DNA of 63,270 nucleotides, counting the filler, from Craspedostauros australis (taxonomy: Eukaryota): assembly GCA_030167865.1 (NCBI GenBank). It is 11 parts of 11 records of this genome, joined end to end, with 100 filler letters (N's around TTAATTAATTAA, not from the genome) between each part and the next. Parts side by side here need not be neighbours in the genome. Positions count along the whole stretch, not along the records: positions 59,183 to 60,543 come from JALAGF010002457.1; positions 60,644 to 62,015 come from JALAGF010002459.1; positions 62,116 to 63,270 come from JALAGF010002460.1; 8 more parts are not named here. One strand, 5' to 3'. Made by a program: the position numbers and the translations under genes. Within the stretch, counting starts at the first letter, position 1; every line of letters begins with the position of its first letter. This document shows positions 59,304 through 63,270 of the stretch, piece after piece. Under the pieces are notes generated by a model, which worked only from the letters and a program-made list of their open reading frames with translations, did not search any database and had not been told where the DNA came from.

Positions 59304-60543
59304 TGTTAATAGGACTGAGTGAGTGAATCAATGTTGTTCGCAAATATTTATGAGAGATTGTATTGATTAGCGCTGGAGTTGCGGAAAGGATTCCTGATCG
59401 TAGCTTGCCTGTCTCTAGCAGAAAAGTGGGCGCGAGGTGCATAGCGTTCTGGCGATGGNNNNNNNNNNNNNNNNNNNNNNNNNNNNNNNNNNNNNNNNNN
59501 NNNNNNNNNNNNNNNNNNNNNNNNNNNNNCTTGCCACTGTCTGGAGTGGGCTTGAGGTAGACTTCGCGCATTTTGCGATGGTGAGCTGCCGGATGATGTT
59601 TGGTGAAGTAGTCGGCGAGGTTGTCTGCTCCTGGGGCCCAATATATGATGAATTGGCCCTGTTGGACGCGGTCGCGTACCCAGTAGAATCGCATGTCCAT
59701 TGCCCGTGTGCGTCGTTGTTTCATCGTGTTGTTCACAATCCCGGATGCTGTGGAATTGTCTGTTTTGATGGGCGTAGGTGGTTGGGGATGTCCCAGTTCG
59801 TCGAGCGTCGTGCGAAGTGCTGTGGCTGCTGTGCAGTTCAAGTACAGGGCGCCCACTTCGGCTTCGGCGGCGGAGCTCATCACATTTTGTATTTTGTTGC
59901 ATACGGTGTGAATGGCGCCATTGTTGGGTGGCGCTGTGTTCGGGGCCTTGTTGGTATCGGTGGACCGCTTGCTGAGGTACATGTGGCCGCCGGCTCGGCT
60001 TCTCGCCTTCGGCAGGCTGAGGTAGGAGGCGTCGCTGTCGACATGCAAGACCATGTCGCTGGCTTGATACACCAGGATGGCGTTGGGGTGTGTGGCGCAG
60101 TAGTCCATGAGCTGGTTCACGCGCCGCTCGGTGTCTTGTGTCGCGTGGGCCTGCTGTGTGGCGATGTCGCTTACTGCTGGCAGGATGGTTGGGTCTACCG
60201 CACGGGCGTAGTACAGCAGTGTCCCCACCACCTGTCGAATGCGGATGATTTGTTCTGCCGGGAGCTTGGGCGACGTGTCGTCGTGTTTGGGTTCTTGCGT
60301 CTTCGCCCCGTAGGTCAGCGCGTCCCATGGCGCTGGCGCATGTTGTGGTCGAGTGGGGATCGGGTGTTGGAACTTGTGGAGTGCTTTTTGCACGTATCCT
60401 GGCATGGAGAGCTCCACTGTTCGTTTCGCGTAGTCCCATTTGAGACTCACGCCGCAGTAGAGATCGCCGCTCCACTCGACCGTACACTTGTAGATGGTTT
60501 GCAAAGCGCCGATGAGGTGCTTCGCGTGTTCTTCGCCCACATA
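59304..60543 (-). mobile_element. Ty1/copia RT C-terminus and RNase H, plus a probable 3' LTR (about 59304-59458)
   Basis: SMPGYVQKAL, LLYYARAVDPT, VDSDASYLS...RSRAGG, SAAEAEVGAL, TDNSTA, DMRFYWVRDR and NLADYFTKHH. The sequence beyond the gap ends ...ATTAACA at 59304, as an LTR terminus would. Confidence 0.93.
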
Positions 60544-62116
60544 NNNNNNNNNNNNNNNNNNNNNNNNNNNNNNNNNNNNNNNNNNNNTTAATTAATTAAN
60601 NNNNNNNNNNNNNNNNNNNNNNNNNNNNNNNNNNNNNNNNNNNATCTCGTATCATACTCTTCTACATTCGTCACAACATCATGTGCGCTGCATGCTCGAC
60701 TCGCACCCTACTATTCTACTCTGTGTGGTTTTGATTTTCTGTGTAGAATAGATCTGGATTGTTTGCCAACTGTTATCTTGCCGTACCAGCGTAGCACACA
60801 CATTCACCTGTGCTGCTGAATGGGAACGAGTATGATTTTTTCGTGGATTCTTGTTCCTGTGTAGTTTGTGCATGTCCAAGCGATTGCCGACTCCTCTGAC
60901 TAAGTCATGTTGTGATCATTCATGTCAACAAATGACGCAGACCGTACACATCACCACATCCAACATCACACACTTGCAAGCACAAACATCAACACATTCA
61001 CCCAAACGCCAAAACATGCTCAGGAGGGCACTCCGAACTCCCAAGTGTGAGTAAACCTGAGAGAGAACCAACTGAAGGAAATGCTGATGTCCCAAACTAC
61101 TCTGCTCTCCCACCACTATCTGAATGGTGTCTGAATGTATCTGCCTACCAACACTTACACTTGGGGGTTACCCGTGGTCACCCGGGCATCTAGGGGCTGG
61201 AAAAACGCCATTCCCTTCCCTCTCAGCAGAGAAAATTTCATTGCAGCTCCATTGCAACTCCAACAGCGATCCCTTCAGGGCAATACCCACCATACCCACA
61301 AATCCACCCATCAAGTGTAGAGACAGCCTACCCATCAACACCAAAAACCAAACTCAGGAGCCAACCACAAGCAACCAACAAAGAGCAAATGTCCAGAATA
61401 CAGAAGCCAGCAAGACAATGATCCAAACCAGGATGATAACAGAGGCAGCCAGAACTGTATCCATGGCTGTCTTTCCCCACCTTGACCAGGACAACTCATG
61501 TGCCCAACTCACATACATTCTTGAACATGGCCAACAAGCTTCTCCCTCCCAAGACCATGGTGATTCAAGGCCCCATGCTGGGACCTACCCCCTCAGCTCC
61601 ACCTTTGTTATCCTTGTAACAACCATCCACTGCCTCCAGATTCATCTCATTGATGCCTGTCGCACTAGCACCACCCTCATCCTTGCCCATTGGTGTCAGC
61701 TTTGCCAACTGCAATGATGGTGGTCTGGTTCTGGTGTCCGTGCACAGTCCCATGGCAGCAACACACCAACCCAAAAATGGAAGCCAACAATGCCAAACAA
61801 ACTTCAGCAGAACAAGTCAAGGAAGAGGCGATGGGGGGCATCGCTGACAAGCTCTACAATAGTTCACAAGTGCCAAGTTCCGGGAAGTTGATCTGAGCAA
61901 TGAGCAAGTCAACAACTTGGTCATTCACATTGTATTCATCCCCAGTTGGTCTGTTGGCAAGTTCCGCTCACGGTAACCTACGATCGTGGAAGATGGTGTT
62001 GGTTGATAGTCGTTCNNNNNNNNNNNNNNNNNNNNNNNNNNNNNNNNNNNNNNNNNNNNTTAATTAATTAANNNNNNNNNNNNNNNNNNNNNNNNNNNNN
62101 NNNNNNNNNNNNNNNC

Positions 62117-62782
62117 ATCGCCCGTGTCACCACTCTCGATGTCGAGGTCGGAACTGGCGAGAACATCTTCGGAGTCTCTGACAGCACCCAGGAATTCTTT
62201 AACACCGGACTTCTCGGAGCCCTCATCACCACCATCATCGCCTCCATCACATGGCAGCTGGTTGCATCCGTCTTCCCAATCGCCTTCCTTTCCAACCCGA
62301 TCGTCTACATCTTCCTCCAGTTCTGTCTGTTGTTGGAGGCCACCGGTATCTGCTCCGGAGCCTGGGTTCTCGCTTCCATCCACAAGGCCGTCTCTGGCTT
62401 CCAGCTCGATGAGGTGTACATTGGCACCCCAGAGGAGCGCGCCGCCGGCATGAAGCCAGACCACCAGAGCAACCGCAACATGCATTTGGGAACCAACGTG
62501 CTTGTCGGCGAGGCCGGTTCCACTGCCGTCCCACGCGAGTACCTCCAGCTCCAGAAGGCTCTCGCCGCACAGACCGAGTCATACTCCGTCCGTCGCGAGC
62601 GCATCCTGTCCAACATCAAGGGTCTGCGTGAGCAGATCACAGCAAGCACAAGCGAGGACGAGGCCCGCATCTTCGAGTCCGCCATTCGCATGGAGACTGC
62701 CGCCATGAGCAGGCTCAACAAGGATGCGGCCAACGACATGTCGGAGACCGAATACGACGAAGAAGCCGTCTACGAGAAATGA
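62117..62782 (+). CDS. SIT: Silicon (silicic acid) transporter, C-terminal part; 5' end cut off by the contig edge
   Basis: IARVTTLDV...NIFGVSD...FFNTGLLGALITTIIASITWQLVASVFPIAFLSNP...LEATGICSGAWVLA...GFQLDEVYIGTPEER, the characteristic diatom SIT C-terminal helices, followed by a coiled-coil-like tail. Confidence 0.96.
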   Translation: MARVTTLDVEVGTGENIFGVSDSTQEFFNTGLLGALITTIIASITWQLVASVFPIAFLSNPIVYIFLQFCLLLEATGICSGAWVLASIHKAVSGFQLDEVYIGTPEERAAGMKPDHQSNRNMHLGTNVLVGEAGSTAVPREYLQLQKALAAQTESYSVRRERILSNIKGLREQITASTSEDEARIFESAIRMETAAMSRLNKDAANDMSETEYDEEAVYEK

Positions 62783-63270
62783 GCTCATCATCGACAAGCG
62801 ATGTAATTCTCTAACTCAAGGCACATCGCACACCAACGCAGCGCTACGCAACGCAACGGAACAGCCCCATCAGCGGTCACAACATCAAGTTACGACACAC
62901 GTGAAACCGATTTAGAGTGAAAAAGAGTAAAGATGCAGATTATGAGTCTTATCGATGTCGTATGCGTCAGTGCTGTTGTCTCATTGCTGTGTCGTCCATG
63001 ATTGGTAGCGGCGGCTATCGTGTAACGCCGTTTCAACGGTTTCATACATATCCCGGTTTGGTCCCCTCGATGCGCGGTGGCTATGCTAGCCGTCGTATCG
63101 TCACATTTTGGTTGCATTCGGGATGTACCTGCTGCATGCCCCACATGTGGACACCACAGGGCGCTCATCCCACCAGTCATGAGCAGAGCCCATGACCGAC
63201 CACCCATGGGTACTGTTGCGCAGTGCCGAGGTCAGAAGAGGACCCGTTGTGCTTGTTCTTTTCGTCTCGG

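Noticed and set aside
60644..62015. CA-rich contig with ORF 61124-61717 as a gene
   Set aside because: CpG-depleted with no recognisable domain; probably a decayed repeat that I cannot classify.
1..63270. rRNA, tRNA genes or CRISPR arrays
   Set aside because: None recognised by eye; tRNAscan-SE or Infernal would be needed to exclude small RNAs.

Overview
Eukaryotic draft-assembly window from a diatom, probably pennate, as shown by a silicon transporter with a C-terminal coiled coil and by diatom-type transposable elements (TEs). It is not one locus: 11 contigs are joined by artificial 100-nt spacers (44 N + TTAATTAATTAA + 44 N). The TEs are four Ty1/copia (CoDi-like) pieces (1-1555 -, 1656-6277 +, 15539-17004 - decayed, 59304-60543 -), a near-complete Ambal-like non-LTR element (ORF1 + APE-RT-RNaseH-CCHC, one premature stop), a decayed DIRS/Ngaro-like retroelement (about 19347-24300 -) and a piggyBac-like 3' end. 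The host genes are a two-exon TPR protein of about 2000 aa, a stand-alone COG3899-type STAND ATPase, a glycine-zipper protein, a PDZ + PGPGW-like protein, a diatom-family WY/RGLE protein, two uncertain small ORFs and a partial SIT. The most interesting observations are (1) a C5-DNA-methyltransferase-like fold, apparently lacking catalytic motifs, placed ahead of the RT in the DIRS/Ngaro-like element; (2) a copia leader with no tRNA primer-binding site (PBS) but a fold-back structure suggesting self-priming; (3) a large repeat-built insert between copia Gag and protease; (4) a STAND ATPase with altered GxP and MHD-like motifs; (5) patchy CpG decay in the TEs; and (6) an exact 238-bp inverted overlap between two contig ends. 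All domain calls come from reading motifs by eye; no searches were run.
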